Origin: Perkinsus chesapeaki ATCC PRA-425
Lineage: Eukaryota > Protista > Perkinsozoa
Assembly (NCBI GenBank): GCA_013115145.1
Contig: JAAPAO010000175.1
Span: 1 to 57,527 of the forward strand
Length of the DNA: 57,527 nucleotides
Direction of reading: 5' to 3'
Below, piece by piece: positions 11,284-26,843 of the stretch (its first letter is position 1; each line of letters begins with the position of its first letter). The translations under genes were made by a program, and so were the position numbers. Under the pieces are notes generated by a model. That model had not been told where the DNA came from, did no database searches, and saw only the letters and a list, made by a program, of their open reading frames with translations.

Positions 11284-12746
11284 ATGTCGTCGGCAACCGC
11301 AGCTTTGGAAAGCAAACCGCAATACCATCGTCTAGGGTCCGGTGGTAGTGCTACGACACTGGCCACTCCTGACCTCGGTCAATCGGGCAACAATAAGGAC
11401 AAGAAGAAGAGTTTCTCCTTGAAGATTGTTCCTGGTGGTGTCACACAGTCCATGTTCACTTTAATTTCAACCTCAATGGGAGGTGGTGTCCTCTGCCTCC
11501 CGTACGTCATGAAGCAGGTAGGTCCCCTAAGTACTTATCCGTCTTGTATTGTTATTTCCTTTAGGCTGGTGTCATCAACGGTGTTATCTTGCTTACTCTG
11601 TCCTCTGGTATCGCCCTACTTACTATGTATCTTCTCATGGAGTGTGCCCAGAGGACTGGTCGTGGCTCCTATGGTTCCCTATTGGGGAGTTGCTGTGGGA
11701 AATGGTCGGCTGTTGTTATGGATGTTATCATGTTTTTTTATGGTATGGGTACAATGACAGCCTATCTCATCCTCGAGGGCGATTTCCTTCCAGCTCTGAT
11801 GGCTTGGATCGGCTCAAGAGTCTCTCGCACAGTTTGCATATGTGTTGTGGCTCTTGTTGCCGTGCCTCTCATTCTCCCCGAGAAGCTTTCTGTATTGCGT
11901 CACGTCACGCCGATCTCAACAGCTGCTCTTATTTTCACGGCCATCTGTACCCTCATTCAAGCGCCGGGGCGAGCCCAAGCTCTTCCGGAAGATATGTCCG
12001 TTGATTTGGCGAGCTTCGGGTGGCCGCTCCTTAAGTGCCTGACCATCACCCTTTTCGCCTACATTTGCCACACTAATGTTGTCCCAGTCGCCAACGAGAT
12101 GGTCGACCCCACCCCGAAGAAGTCCTTCCAGGTCTGTTTCCGAGTCGCCGTTGTCCAGCTCGGTTTCTACGTTCTAATTGGCGTCTCTGGTTACCTTAGT
12201 TTCCTTGGCACAACACACCAGAATTATATCACTAATTATCCACACGACGATGTCCTCATAAACCTATGTCGGTTGGCTATGGCCCTCAGCCTTATGTGCT
12301 CCATTCCGATCAACACCAATCCGACCGCTAGAGCCGCCGTTCACTTTATAACATCGATGAAGGAGGTGATGACATCCTCCCATCATCAACCACTTCTACC
12401 CGGACGCGAGAGGCTGCCATCCAACTTGCGTACTGAGAGTCGGAGAGAAAAGATTCTCCGTATTTCAATATCTCTAGCGCTCCTCGTGGTCACTTTGACA
12501 ATCGCCATCCTGGTGCCCGGTATCGCCGATGTTGTCTCCCTCCTTGGCGGCTCGTTGGGCACCTTGCTCCTGGCCACCTGCCCTTGCATAATATTTGCCA
12601 GAGTGATGAAGCAGGAGGCTTCTCGTCCATTAGGCAAAACGATTATCTGGACTTTGATCATAGTCACTGTAGTGGCAATGTTCGCTGTATGCATCATGGT
12701 TACCAATGCCATGGGCATCACCCATATCCCCCTAGCAGTCAACTAG
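11284..12746 (+). CDS. Amino-acid transporter (Aa_trans/SLC38-like), paralog B, intron 11518-11564
   Basis: Same motifs as paralog A (MGGGVLCLPYVMKQ, FAYICHTNV, PINTNPTA, ADVVSLLGGSLGT) and same intron position. Confidence 0.9.
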
Positions 12747-12949
12747 GCTCTGTCAACTGTGTTCTTTATGTCCTTCGTATCGCTCTCGTATACTGTACCT
12801 TGTGTACTGTGAAATATCCTTCTGTGTGCTCTTTTTGCATTACATCGTGTATGAATAGTTGTTTGTGTTCCTCTATCAAGCTTCCGATGCTTTCCTTGTG
12901 AATTCTGTCGGAAGTTGAACTCCTCGTTTTATCAGTTTTGTGTTGATTG

Positions 12950-14130
12950 TAAAGTTTGTTAGCCAGCGCAACAGAAAGGCAAAGGAATACATCGTGAACT
13001 CCGCATCACAAAGCATGCGTCAAATAACGTCTATCTCGTCGGATTCAACAAGACTCACATGAGTAGCGTCCGTGGGTGTCACCTCGCTCATAGCGAAGTC
13101 CTTCATCGAGGGCCTTTCCAGATCGTCTAAAGCAACAACCATCGTGACACATCATCACAGAACTACCCTACCTCTTTTAGCCCGCTCCAGTAGTCTTTGT
13201 AAGACTAGTTTCGGGTTCTGCTCGCCGATCGAGGCCTGCTGAAACGGTGCAGCTCAGCTGCGCAACGATTTCAACTCACATCTGTGGAATTAGCATGCTC
13301 TGCAGCGGCAGCCCTGATAGCCTCGGCAAGGGTCGCCCTACACGGGCCTTCAAAAGCCTTCAATGCCGGATCGCCGCTAAGTGTGACTTTGCTTTGGCAT
13401 AACTTGATGCGATCCATAACAGGTCGTGCCGTTTGAGGACGCCACATTCGAGTGTGCTCGGCGAGAGGAGGGTAGTCTCGATTGTGCCTGAATAGCAGCA
13501 TTAGTCCAGGCAACGGTCGGTCGAAGCGCCAACATTATTACTCACGCGCAGGCACTTACATTGTGATGTACTGTGATTCTTTCCGTAATGTGTGCAAGCT
13601 CCGCAGACACGACATGAAGCACTCCCTATCAACAGGAGCTGAAAAGAAGTAAAATCATGAGTTTTGAGAAGTGTTCTTTGACTTACTTAATCTCTGCACA
13701 TGGTTCTGAATAAAACCGAAAAGGTGTGGTTTGAACACTCCGCGGAGAAGCCCGCGATCTACACCAAAGTTACAGGAATTGTGATTGAGTGCGTTAGAGC
13801 TTGACCCTCCGCCTAAGCAGAGACGGGCATTCCAAACGAGTGCCTTCTGCTCAGCAGAGAACTACTGGAGCCTTGCTTTTTACTCCCATCTGGCGCGACA
13901 CCGTTGAAGTCTCGATCGTACCAAGTGATTAACCGCCTTTCGTTTGGGTAGCTAAGGAGATGCAAAGACATCGAAGCTCCAGATTGCCAACGGCTACCTT
14001 TGAGTGGGCAACGGCCCAGTAGGTTCATGAGCTTGAGCGGATGTCCAACGACGGAAGTTAACTCTCATCGCTCGTCGATGGAAGCGATAGTCGTCGTGAT
14101 ACTTCGTCATCAGCGCGTCATAGTCGGAAC
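12950..14130 (-). CDS. Exons of a hypothetical minus-strand gene (possibly continuous with 14154-15156)
   Basis: Open segments ending at GT donors (..AAAAEHANSTD|gtgagt; ..EVTPTDATH|gtgagt; ..GPLPTQR|gtagcc); full structure not resolved. Confidence 0.35.
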
Positions 14131-14153
14131 CTCCCTGAGCATAGGCGTCAGCG

Positions 14154-15156
14154 CTAAGGAACCGGTGACCGGCCACTGTTAAATACTCTTGATGTCTTAG
14201 TCATGCAGCTGACGCTGGTCCAGACGCTGCCGCTCGATAGAGATCCCACGCTTGTCGAATTAGTGTCAACTGAACATGACCAGTCATATTCAATTGCAAG
14301 CCATAAAAGAACTGGGCAATCCTCCGCCAGGGTTACTTGTTTGTTGTGACGATGTCGATCCGAGGAGGAAGTCGGACATGGTCTCAGACCTAGCACCTTC
14401 CGACATGCAGGAACCCCCTGAGAAGGAGACACGCTGTGTTTATGCATGCACGAGCTTGTCGCAGAGACATTGCTGCCGGCACAGGAAGCTGAAGTGCGTT
14501 CAGTCTCATACTCTTACTTCGCTTCCGCCGTATGGTTTCTCCGCGTCTGTTAAGGTAGACATCTATTGGTTGTGCAACACTGGCAAAAGGCGCATCGGGG
14601 GCCTTTGGAACCGGGACCTGCTACAACAGCAGTAGGAGCATGTACTGGTTATTACTACTAAACTCTCACCTTGATTGGCGGCAGGATAAGAGGTACACTC
14701 TTCGAAGGCCCGATGTACACTCGACGTTCCTGTTGACTAGCAAGCTTCGGTATCTCCGCACGTGAGCCGACAACTTCGTCCTAAAAACACGGAACATAAT
14801 CGACACCTGAGGGATTCGAACCCTCGCGGGCAGAGCCCAACGGCTTAGCAGGCCGCCGCCTTAACCACTCGGCCAAAGTGTCTACAATCTACTCGTTGAC
14901 ACCCAAGAGTAAAGCTGCAGTTCAGTTCGAAACCTACCTTGTAGCTCTGATACAGGTCCTTGACTACATGGACGAATCGCCGCTGTTCATGTGGACTCCG
15001 ATACGTGTGCCACGAAAGAAGCGCCCCAATATCCTGCTTTATCAAAGTTACGCAATTCGCCTATTAGGAACGGCGCCTTACCTCCTCAAACAAGTCGTAC
15101 AGGAAGGATCCTCGGCTCTTGCTCCCACTGCGGTGTTTACCCTGTCGATGTGCCAT
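14154..15156 (-). CDS. Hypothetical protein hosting tRNA-Ser in intron 2
   Basis: Exons 15156-15082 (25 aa), 15033-14938 (32 aa) and 14780-14670 (37 aa) join in one frame through phase-0 GT-AG introns; 3' end tentative. Confidence 0.65.
14801..14882 (-). tRNA. tRNA-Ser: tRNA-Ser(GCT)
   Basis: GACACTT-TG-GCCGAGTGGTTAAGGC-G-GCGGC-CTGCTAA-GCCGT-TGGGCTCTGCCCGC-GAGGG-TTCGAAT-CCCTC-AGGTGTC-G: full cloverleaf, long variable arm, G discriminator, downstream T5. Confidence 0.97.
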
Positions 15157-15333
15157 AACGATCGATCGAGGCCCTTCGTGAACACTTGTTTTTTTATTGT
15201 CCCGTCCAAACCTTATAGCAAACTCAAAGCACAGCATTGCTTATTACTCGTCGACATCGATGAACATGGTCCAATGGAACTCATGAATGTTGTCAAACAG
15301 CAAGTGTACAAGTTGGTACTTAATCGGTCGCTA

Positions 15334-17935
<2,602 letters not shown>

Positions 17936-19168
17936 TCACACCCTCCCTCGCAGCCACAAGCAGGCAACTACGTCTAGTAGTAGGAACTCCCAGATAATAA
18001 TGCAACGCAACACCAACGCTCTCTCCATGCAATCGAAAAGTGCTTTCCATCACCACGGCCTTCAGTTTGCCACCTCCGGACGTCTTAACCAGAATAACAC
18101 TAATAATAATCATCATCATCAAGCTATAAGGGGGAGTCTATACTGTTATTTTACCGGAGATGTCAGTAGTAGTTGACAAGCTACATCCTACGGACACCAC
18201 CACCGCTGCCAGCAGCAGCAACAGCAGGAGCACACGACGACTACTCGTCACCAGGGGGGTCATCAGAGCAATAATAAGTGCAATAACAACGACAACAAAG
18301 CAACCCTATCAATCATATAGTTACGGATGGCATAATAATGATACTGATTAATATAAAAGGCAATGATAACGATCAACCACCATCACCACCAGAATCAGCA
18401 GCAGCCGCCCTCCTCGTTGGTACTGCTATAGTGAGGCAAAACTAGAAAGTTTTGTTAATAATATTTACAATAATAAAAAGGAGATATAACTACTACTACA
18501 AGTCACTACCACATGCACGTGGACTACAATCAGCACCAGTAATGAGCAACAACAGGCTGCTGGTAAACATTATCAATAATCTGGCAGGCAGCAACAAACT
18601 AGAGTCTAAGGCGTGCCTGTAATAGTGGTGGTGAGATGGGCGAGTTACGTCGTCGTCGTCGTCTACTGTGGTGGTGGTGTTGCTATTCATGGGATCTGTC
18701 AAGCATGAGAAGGACAGTTGGCTAGACAAGTTGGATAATATTGGTAATACTATCCACAAGGTGATCGTCATCATCATCAGCAGCATGATCCAGGATGATG
18801 ATGATGCCGATGTAGGGCAGAGTATAATTATTTTGCTGCTGCTGGATAAGCAATAATAATATTTATTGTGATATTAATGATAGCAATAAGGGGACAGCGA
18901 TTGTGTCGAGGGAGAGGGGTGGCCAAACAATAGACAAACGCCACCGCCGCTGCCGCTGTATTCCCTCCACAAAGTACTCGTGGCACTAGCAGGGTTAAAG
19001 GCACTCAAACCGGAGCGGCTAAAGGTGGTGGGGGTGGCATACAACGATGATGCAGAAGCAGAAATATACGAGTAGAGTTGTAGAAGGTTAGGATGATCAA
19101 TCGATCTAGCTGTGAAGGCAGCACTGATGATGATGATACGCCACTTTGGGCACCCCAATGAGCAGCAG

Positions 19169-20099
19169 CTACTTTAGACGAAGAATAAGGTGCACCTGAT
19201 GATCACAGGAAACTACTACGATTGCAACACTTTAATTCTCTTATCATCGACCGACCCCTGACTCGGTGTGTATGATAGGGCTCAGCGTCCCTGGTGTCAA
19301 CGCGAATGCCACCCTCTCAAAAGAGGGCTGCATCCTCCCATGGCAGATCTCTCCGAGGTCACCTCCTGAACACCAATTAATGCCCACAATTCCACCACCA
19401 ACACTTACCCCTTTTAGCTGTACCACAATCACTCTCAATCCTGGCATTGTCTTTAAAACACTTTGTCATAGCAGCCAAGCCTTTGTGCTCCTCCCTAATA
19501 ACCTCCTCCCGAATCAGTGCTAGTTCCTAACAGACCATCCTCCGCCGCCCCCCTCCTTCCCCCCCCAACCCACCCGCATTGCCTCCTCAACTGGTATAGT
19601 AATCTCTCCGTCCACCCTCCACGACCGTGGCTTCCGAGACTGTAAGACCCTATCAAACCTCAATTGCCGTTAGCTTACCCCTCGATGCTTCTTCAGTATA
19701 TGCAACACGTGCGCTGTTTCATCCGGCAGCCTATATCCAAATGAGCTCTTCCTCCTCGCTGAACATCACCATTCTCAACAGTGCCCTTCAATTCCCTAAC
19801 AACGGACCTACTTGGCGGTATCATCTCCCCCGTTGGGAACTCCCACTGCCCGTGTTGCGTATGGACGTTGAAGTAATAGAACTTCCCAGGTCTAGAGGTT
19901 GACTCCTAAACACCAAGCTTCGCTCCGCCGCCGCTACCACCGCCGATATGACCCTAATATCCCAGCCAGAAGGCAGATTGTTCTTCATCATATGCGCTGG
20001 TATGTCCCCATTAGACCCCATGTCACCATACAACCGTTGATGATGATGATGATGAGCATCATATATCCCTTGTGACTCGTCCCCTGCTAAAGTGGCCAT
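19169..20099 (-). CDS. PIN1: PIN1/ESS1 peptidyl-prolyl isomerase (WW + parvulin), multi-exon
   Basis: WW: LPSGWDIR|ESTSRPGKFYYFNVHTQHGQWEFP; parvulin: HVLHILKKHRG|SRKPRSWR, GDLGEICHGRMQPSFERVAFALTPGTLSPIIHTESG|VHLILRLK*; start codon tentative. Confidence 0.88.
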
Positions 20100-20452
20100 A
20101 CCAGTCCTCAAGGACAACAACAATAACAACAAGCTGTAACATCAATGATATTACACAGGTAGGACCAAGTGCTGGACCGCTCCCCTAAATAGGAGCAGCT
20201 ATATACTAGGCCCTTATAAATCTTAACGCCAAGTGGAAGTAGTCCCCTCGGGAAGGGCCACCATTCAAGCTGCGCTTTTCCTGCAAAGTGCACGAAACGA
20301 TAATTTCTACATTCGCTCGCCCGATATATTAATTGACGAAACCGATATTATTAAGTTAAAACAATGGTAATGCTGAATGGCGGGCGGGCGGCGGCGGACA
20401 CTCAATAATATTCACATACAGTACGCCAGATTCGCAGTATTGTACACAGTAA

Positions 20453-21796
20453 TCAATCATGTTTATCTCTCTGCTGCCATCGCTCCAAAAACTCCTTCCT
20501 GGCATCCTTAACATCACCGTCTTTCCTCATACTTCGCCTTCGAGCTGCTTTAGCATATAGCTTTACCGCCAACAGCAACAGACCGAGACACGCCAGCGCC
20601 AGTGCTTTCAAATTGCCTATCAACCATGGGTAGACGGTATCGAAACTACTAGCCTCGGCGGCCTCACGCCAAGCAACCGGACTGACGCGCGAGGGGTCCA
20701 CTTCGCCGTCAAAACACTCCTCTTCAGCGTCCTGCCCTACTAGAGCTTGCCCCAGGCCCGACCGCTCACAGAGCTCCGCGGAGTCGGAAACTATATCAAC
20801 CAAACGAGAGCAAATAAGGCTGGTTTTGGGATCACACAAGTCCAGTCGATTGCCGCCAATAACCGTGAAGAAATCCTCTCGGCAGGAATCGAACCAGGAA
20901 TCGCAGAACGACCCGCAAATCATCGGTGACTTTGACTGGACAGCGAGGTAGCCATCACAAGGCAAGCATGCCACCTACGAATTTAGTGGCGCGCGAGAAA
21001 AGTCATGGACGTACCTTCCGAAGCATGTCTGCACACTTCTCGCTGATCCCTTCTTCCGTGCCTACCGCTCGACCGACCAAACTCATATACCTCGATCGTA
21101 TCCGAAGGTCATCCAAACGACCGCAACATGTGTTCCCTGAAAACGGCTACGTTTCGCTGCGTGTTGCTTTCACCGCTGGTGAGGAGATTCGAAATTGCGG
21201 TTATGTTGGGCAACACCGTAGATCTAATAACCCTACATGTATATTGATTTGCACAAGCTCTAGTACTAAAGTAGCGTTATTCTGTCCGAGCTCGGTGAGT
21301 TCGGAATCCTACTTAGCTGGGAGAGGTTATAGATATTCCAACACCGACCCCCCTAACCCGCCGCCAACTATTCCCTATTAACCGAGTTTGCAGCCAATGA
21401 CTAGATTAGATGGACCTTTCGCCGCCATTCCAGGCCATCCTAGATTATAGCTAATAGCTCGGAAAGCCGAGAATTGTATTACAGCCTTTTCCTCATACGA
21501 TCAGCTCACGTAACTACATTCGTTGTAAACTCCTAATAAAATTCTCCCTATCACAATATATGCATCTATTATCACTGTACAATATCAACCACAACCTTAC
21601 CATTATAGTCATCACAGAAGGTCAGAGGCTGCGAAGACTTCGACCGATCCACAGACACCTTCGGATGGTCAGTCAGACCATATCTCGAGGCCACTATAGA
21701 ACAGTTGCCCGGCTCGGCTGTGGCCGCCATCACCACCCCCAGCAGAAGCTGCTCCAGTATAAAACATATTATAGCAGACCGACTGGATGCTTTCAT
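20453..21796 (-). CDS. Folate-receptor-family (Folate_rec-like) Cys-rich membrane protein
   Basis: Signal peptide; LTFCDDYN, GNTCC, CADMLRK|VACLPCDG, ICGSFCDSWFDSCREDFF; C-terminal TM and short basic tail. Confidence 0.65.
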
Positions 21797-21944
21797 TGAA
21801 CCTCCACTGATGAGAGTAAGCCTGTTAAATACTAAACGCAACAGGTATGATACTAAACTCCATTATAGGTAATTGTTGCTGATAAAACAATAGCCTTACT
21901 CTTGGGTATGATTTGAAGAAGGAGTGGTATGCGCTGCACTACAA

Positions 21945-24900
21945 CTATTCCATCGACACCTCTCGTCTAACTGCGTGACCAGCAGTAGAGAATACCGACG
22001 AAATGATTTCCACAAGGTCCTCGGGAATCTGAAAATATTAAGATAGATGTAATGGTATTCAAGTTGTAATGAACTGATTAGTGTAGCTCCGATCAGTGGC
22101 ATCAACCGATGTTATAGGTGTGATAAGAAACGAAATATTTCCCACCCACCAAATACAAAAAACTGCATAGTTATTTAATAATACGAAATAATTCCTCAAC
22201 AAAATAAAACTGCAGACAGCGAGCTATGCGTATCAGGTGAATACACAGGATCGAAAACTATTCTACTCAATACGATGAACAAAGGGCCATTTTCGGCCAC
22301 ACCCAATTCCCTCCGAAATCTGCTCTCCAATATGGGAACACTCCACCGATGCACTGGATCCCTTTTCCCAGTAAGAACCCCAAGCCGGCCGAATTATTAC
22401 CACATCCACATCTAGATCATGCAAGTCCTGTCTAACCGATCCCAAATAGCTCTTAGCCGTCGAAGCCAGACTCGACACTTGGGTATTCTCTATATTCTCA
22501 ACATCTTCATTCTTCAATATCCGAGTCTCCTCAAAGTTAGGGCCCAAGATCTTCGGGCCATACTCGTTTACAGCTATCCTCAGCTTACGGACCAGACGGT
22601 TCCTCTGCTCCCTTGATGTGCGGCGACCCTGAAAACATAGACCTACACCACAGGTTCGTGAGTGGTATGAAAAAGATAAGCAAAAGAGGATCAACTTGCA
22701 GAGAAAGGAATACGAGCCGATAAAGAAGACACGAAAAATAAAACAAAGGGCAACTAGCACAGCGCAATAGCTACGAGAATCAGGCAAACTAATAAACCAT
22801 ACTTGACCATTCAACCTTTCTGCACCCTTGGAAAGTGGGAAAGTGGGCAGCATTGCTGAGGTAATTCCATAAAAATGCTTATAACGGTAAAGCTCATTCT
22901 AGCCGAGGCCACCTCCTTCTTCTTATTACCTTTTTATATATCCTAATACGCCTAGCTATCCTCTTTAGATTACCAACAAAGGCATCTGATGCTATTACAG
23001 CCAAGTACTGGAATACTGGTGTGAGGACAAAGTACACCAATGGAAGGGTGAAGAAGGAAAAGAATGGTACTAGCTTAACTAGGATAATAGATAGGAAAAG
23101 ATTGTATCTGATGGAAGCATGTGATAACAGGAAATAAATGATGACAATCTCCTTAATACTAGAGAATCGGGTTTAGTGATAGAAGCGATGCAACTAATAC
23201 AGTATATTGTGCGTCCAAATGTGTTAGACAACTTCGAAAAAACGCTATAATTTGACGAATAAATCGAGTTTCAATACGAAATCAACATATGTTGCGTAGA
23301 CATCACGGACGTATATACATTATACGATTATGACAATACACAGAAAATGTTTTCTCATGCTTGGGACTTATCATTCTCGAACGCTCCCTGAATTGATGAA
23401 ATTATTTTCATTATGGACTATCAAAATCGAACACACTGTATTAGATAACAGTGTAAGTATTATAGTTCCATTATAGTTGAATGATAACATAACAGTGTAG
23501 GAAATGTGTGACTCAATGTAAGGAAATTTCAACGATCTTTCAAGGAATGCATTGGAATTTATTCATTGATGCAGCATAAAGCCCGACGCAATAAAATAAT
23601 TTGTATTTTTTATTTCTCACTCAAAATCAAGTGTCAGAACTTCAGATTTTCAACGAGTAGTATAATGATAATTGAAAACCATTTAGGGTAGAACTGTACA
23701 TTAAGTGCGCTTAAACATAAGATACCAAGAAGACATATATAGCATGCTTACATTGGTACAATAACGATGGCAACCATAATCTTATACGACGCCACCACAT
23801 CGAATGCCTTATACTTGACAGAACCTAATAACAAAAACTTATTAGACCAAGTCACAAAGGGAGACATACTAGCAGCCAATGCACGAGACTTCTCCTTCAA
23901 AGAGAGACTCTGGCATATAACAGCCACTGGGGCAAACAACATTAGTGACGGAACCGCTATGAACATTGATAAGACAACCTGTGGAAGATAGTGGATGCCG
24001 CTGCTGTTTGGAAGGGACTGCCTTACAATAGCAACATGCTTTATGTACCACATTGCTTCCTGGAATAATCCCATACTCTCCGGTTGAATATTTTGGACGT
24101 CTCTATCACGAATATGATTGGTTTTGAGCTCCTCTGAAAAAGGAATAACAATATTACAAAGACAAAGCGGACGACCTGAACCATATTTAAGAGCGTAATA
24201 ATGTTGTATCCGAATTAACAGCGTTATTGACCAAGTAAAAGTTGGACATCGCTATTCTCCCTGACAAATTTTTACTACCAGTTCTAACTATAGCGCATTC
24301 ATGTTAATACTAATACCATACTATATCTTCACTATAGCGCCCATCGTTATCATGCGTCGTGGTCCACGACCATATACAGGTTTATATAACACATATAGGT
24401 CGAAATTATCAACTCAAGGCTGGCCCGGAATGCAATAGGAGCGCACATCGGCAGACGACAAGGTTGCGGTTTTAATGTTTTTGATGCCCCACGAAAGGTT
24501 TGCCTACGATTGTAATCTTCAATCTGGTCCTTTAACTCAGCTAGTTTCTCATCCGTCTGCATATAATCAGAGTTCATCAACTTTGACATCCTTTTAGATA
24601 TCTCCATCTTCTCACCAGTGGTGATCTTTGCACTCATAGGGCCTACCACAACAACTAAGATCACGCACTCCATAGCAGTCAAAACTACCGCAACCCCAAT
24701 ACAGACTCCAGTCTATTAAATAGAGCCCTTTTAAGTGTCATTCACAGATGGAAATTGCCCAGGTAATATGACTCTAGTATCTCATTTTTACCTCGCACCC
24801 CTTCATAGTAGTAATCACATCAGTATTAACCCACGCTACCGTATTCAAGGCCCACCGCTTGCCGCCGCCCCTCCTCTTACCCATATAAAGCTTAGTCGCT

Positions 24901-26396
24901 GTTTGAATGGCCTGTAGAGTATCATAGCTATCAGCTGGTATGATGCATCCTAGCATTGCCGTTTGGATATCTTGCATTAGGGAGCTCACGGCTTGACGAT
25001 GAGTGTCGGGCTAAAGGCAAAAGGTGAGGGAAATGTGGTTGTATTTGGGGCACTATTACGTTGATATATTCCCTATATAAATCAGAATCCTTTTCGACCA
25101 CTACAGGGCGACCGAACTCACATATGAGAGAGGAGCGGAACCGGTAAGGCTCGAAGTAGTTGAGGCCGATAGGGACCTGAACGGGATAGGATGAATGTTA
25201 ACAAGTAGAGTATAGTGCTATAGCGTAGTGATAGTTAATAATGGTATAATACCAGGGAAGAGAGACGAATGACAATGTATAAACAAGTGCAAATTAGTAA
25301 CAGTAATTAGTAGCAATGCAATGGTCAAGATATATATGAAATATATGCCATATAATTATGAGAAATAATAATCTAACATCGACCCCTAATATTACGATAG
25401 TAATCCTATCGATATGATACTTCGGGCTGGCCAATGCTCCCAATGTCATGATAGCCACACCAGGCTTCAACTCTAGAAGCCTTCCGACATTATCATGAGA
25501 GCCACCTTCGGGGAAGATACCAATGGCTTTACCTTCAGCAAGATTTTTATATACATTAGCGTACCTACACGAGATGAGCTCCGGCGTATCTTTCCCTAAG
25601 AGTGCACTACATAAGATGCTGATCTAGCTTAGGCCAGATCTTATAGGTTGCCGGCTCCTTGATTTCCACTGGCTCTCTAATCTCAGCCGTATTGTCTGAA
25701 GCAAAAGTATCAAAGGCTATTAGGCTGTTATACTGGTACCATCAATAACACGAACGATGGGTAGGAGGTTGTTCTTGGTCTTCAGTTTAGTGCCCTTCAC
25801 AAGGCCGTCGAAGGAGCCTCCTTGGACTTTCACGATGGGCTTGCCATCAGAACCTGAGAAAGATACCAATGAGGTCGCCTCGGATACACCTGGCTGCTTA
25901 CTGGTCGATGTAGTGATGGTTCCGTTGCCTTCATAAGCAAGATCTTGAGAACGCTCAACAGGCACCTAAGTTTGATGCGAGTAAGATACTCAAGAGGTTA
26001 ATTCGAAGGCCTTACTGCGCCAAAGGATTTTGCCAGTGGTCCTATAACAGGCCTTCTCATCGACTTTGCAGCTGTTATGAAGCGTATCTTCCTGCTGTCC
26101 ACAGCAGCAATGATATTTCCACCGTCAACAAATTGGTTAGGATGGTTCGATACAAATATAACAGCTTCTCCCTTTGGCGGGATATGATGTCGTCCAACAT
26201 ATGATATCCGAGAATAGAACACTTTAATAACGAAGTTCTTAATAAGAAATCTCATAATGTTATAAATATCGAACACTTGGCTCCAATCAACATTAAAAAG
26301 ATGCTTCTTATCAGCCTTGGTGGACGGCGCTGCTGTCTTGGCCGTGTCCGAGGGTTGCTGGGAAGGCTCCTTCTTGGCTACTGGAGATGATGGCAT
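21945..26396 (-). CDS. Glycerol-3-phosphate O-acyltransferase, SCT1/GPT2-like, multi-exon
   Basis: VIFVSNHPNQFVD (HxxxxD), IGIFPEGGSHD, VPIGLNYF, and late TM region KSRALAAS..VKYKAFDVVASYKIMV; 3' exons approximate. Confidence 0.82.
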
Positions 26397-26843
26397 TTAA
26401 CGATACTAAACAACTATATTAAAAATGACGAGCTGAATCTGAACGCACTTCTGATGGCGTGTGGGGACCTCTGACCTGTGTACCTCCACCGAGTAAGCTG
26501 GAAGGTAGGACGATTAATACTGTGCAACTCTCTCCGTCTTTTCAGCGGTTTAACACATGTAAAATCGTCTGACAGCGTAATCGGAGAAATGCGCTTCACA
26601 CACCGACAAGTCTCTCCGTACATTACTGAGTCTAAAGCACTTTGTAAAGTCGTCATTCCTCCGCCAGCTCTGCTCTGGGTAACTCTTTGTTAGGCTCAGT
26701 CGTTCGAAATAACTCTCACTGGCCGAAAGAAATGGAAAAACTGTTCGGCAGAAGGGGCGCAGACGACACAGCGGAAAGGGGAAAGTTGCCTTGAATTTGG
26801 CGAGTGTTTTTGTGGTTCAGTGTGTTAAATAGTATTTAACATT

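Noticed and set aside
18000-19160. Dense short trinucleotide runs with small ORFs
   Set aside because: Low-complexity intergenic or UTR sequence; no coherent gene model or periodic structure
20885-20895. Perfect B-box-like GGTTCGATTCC on the minus strand
   Set aside because: Falls in codons for the conserved SWFDSC; shows that bare B-box matches arise by chance
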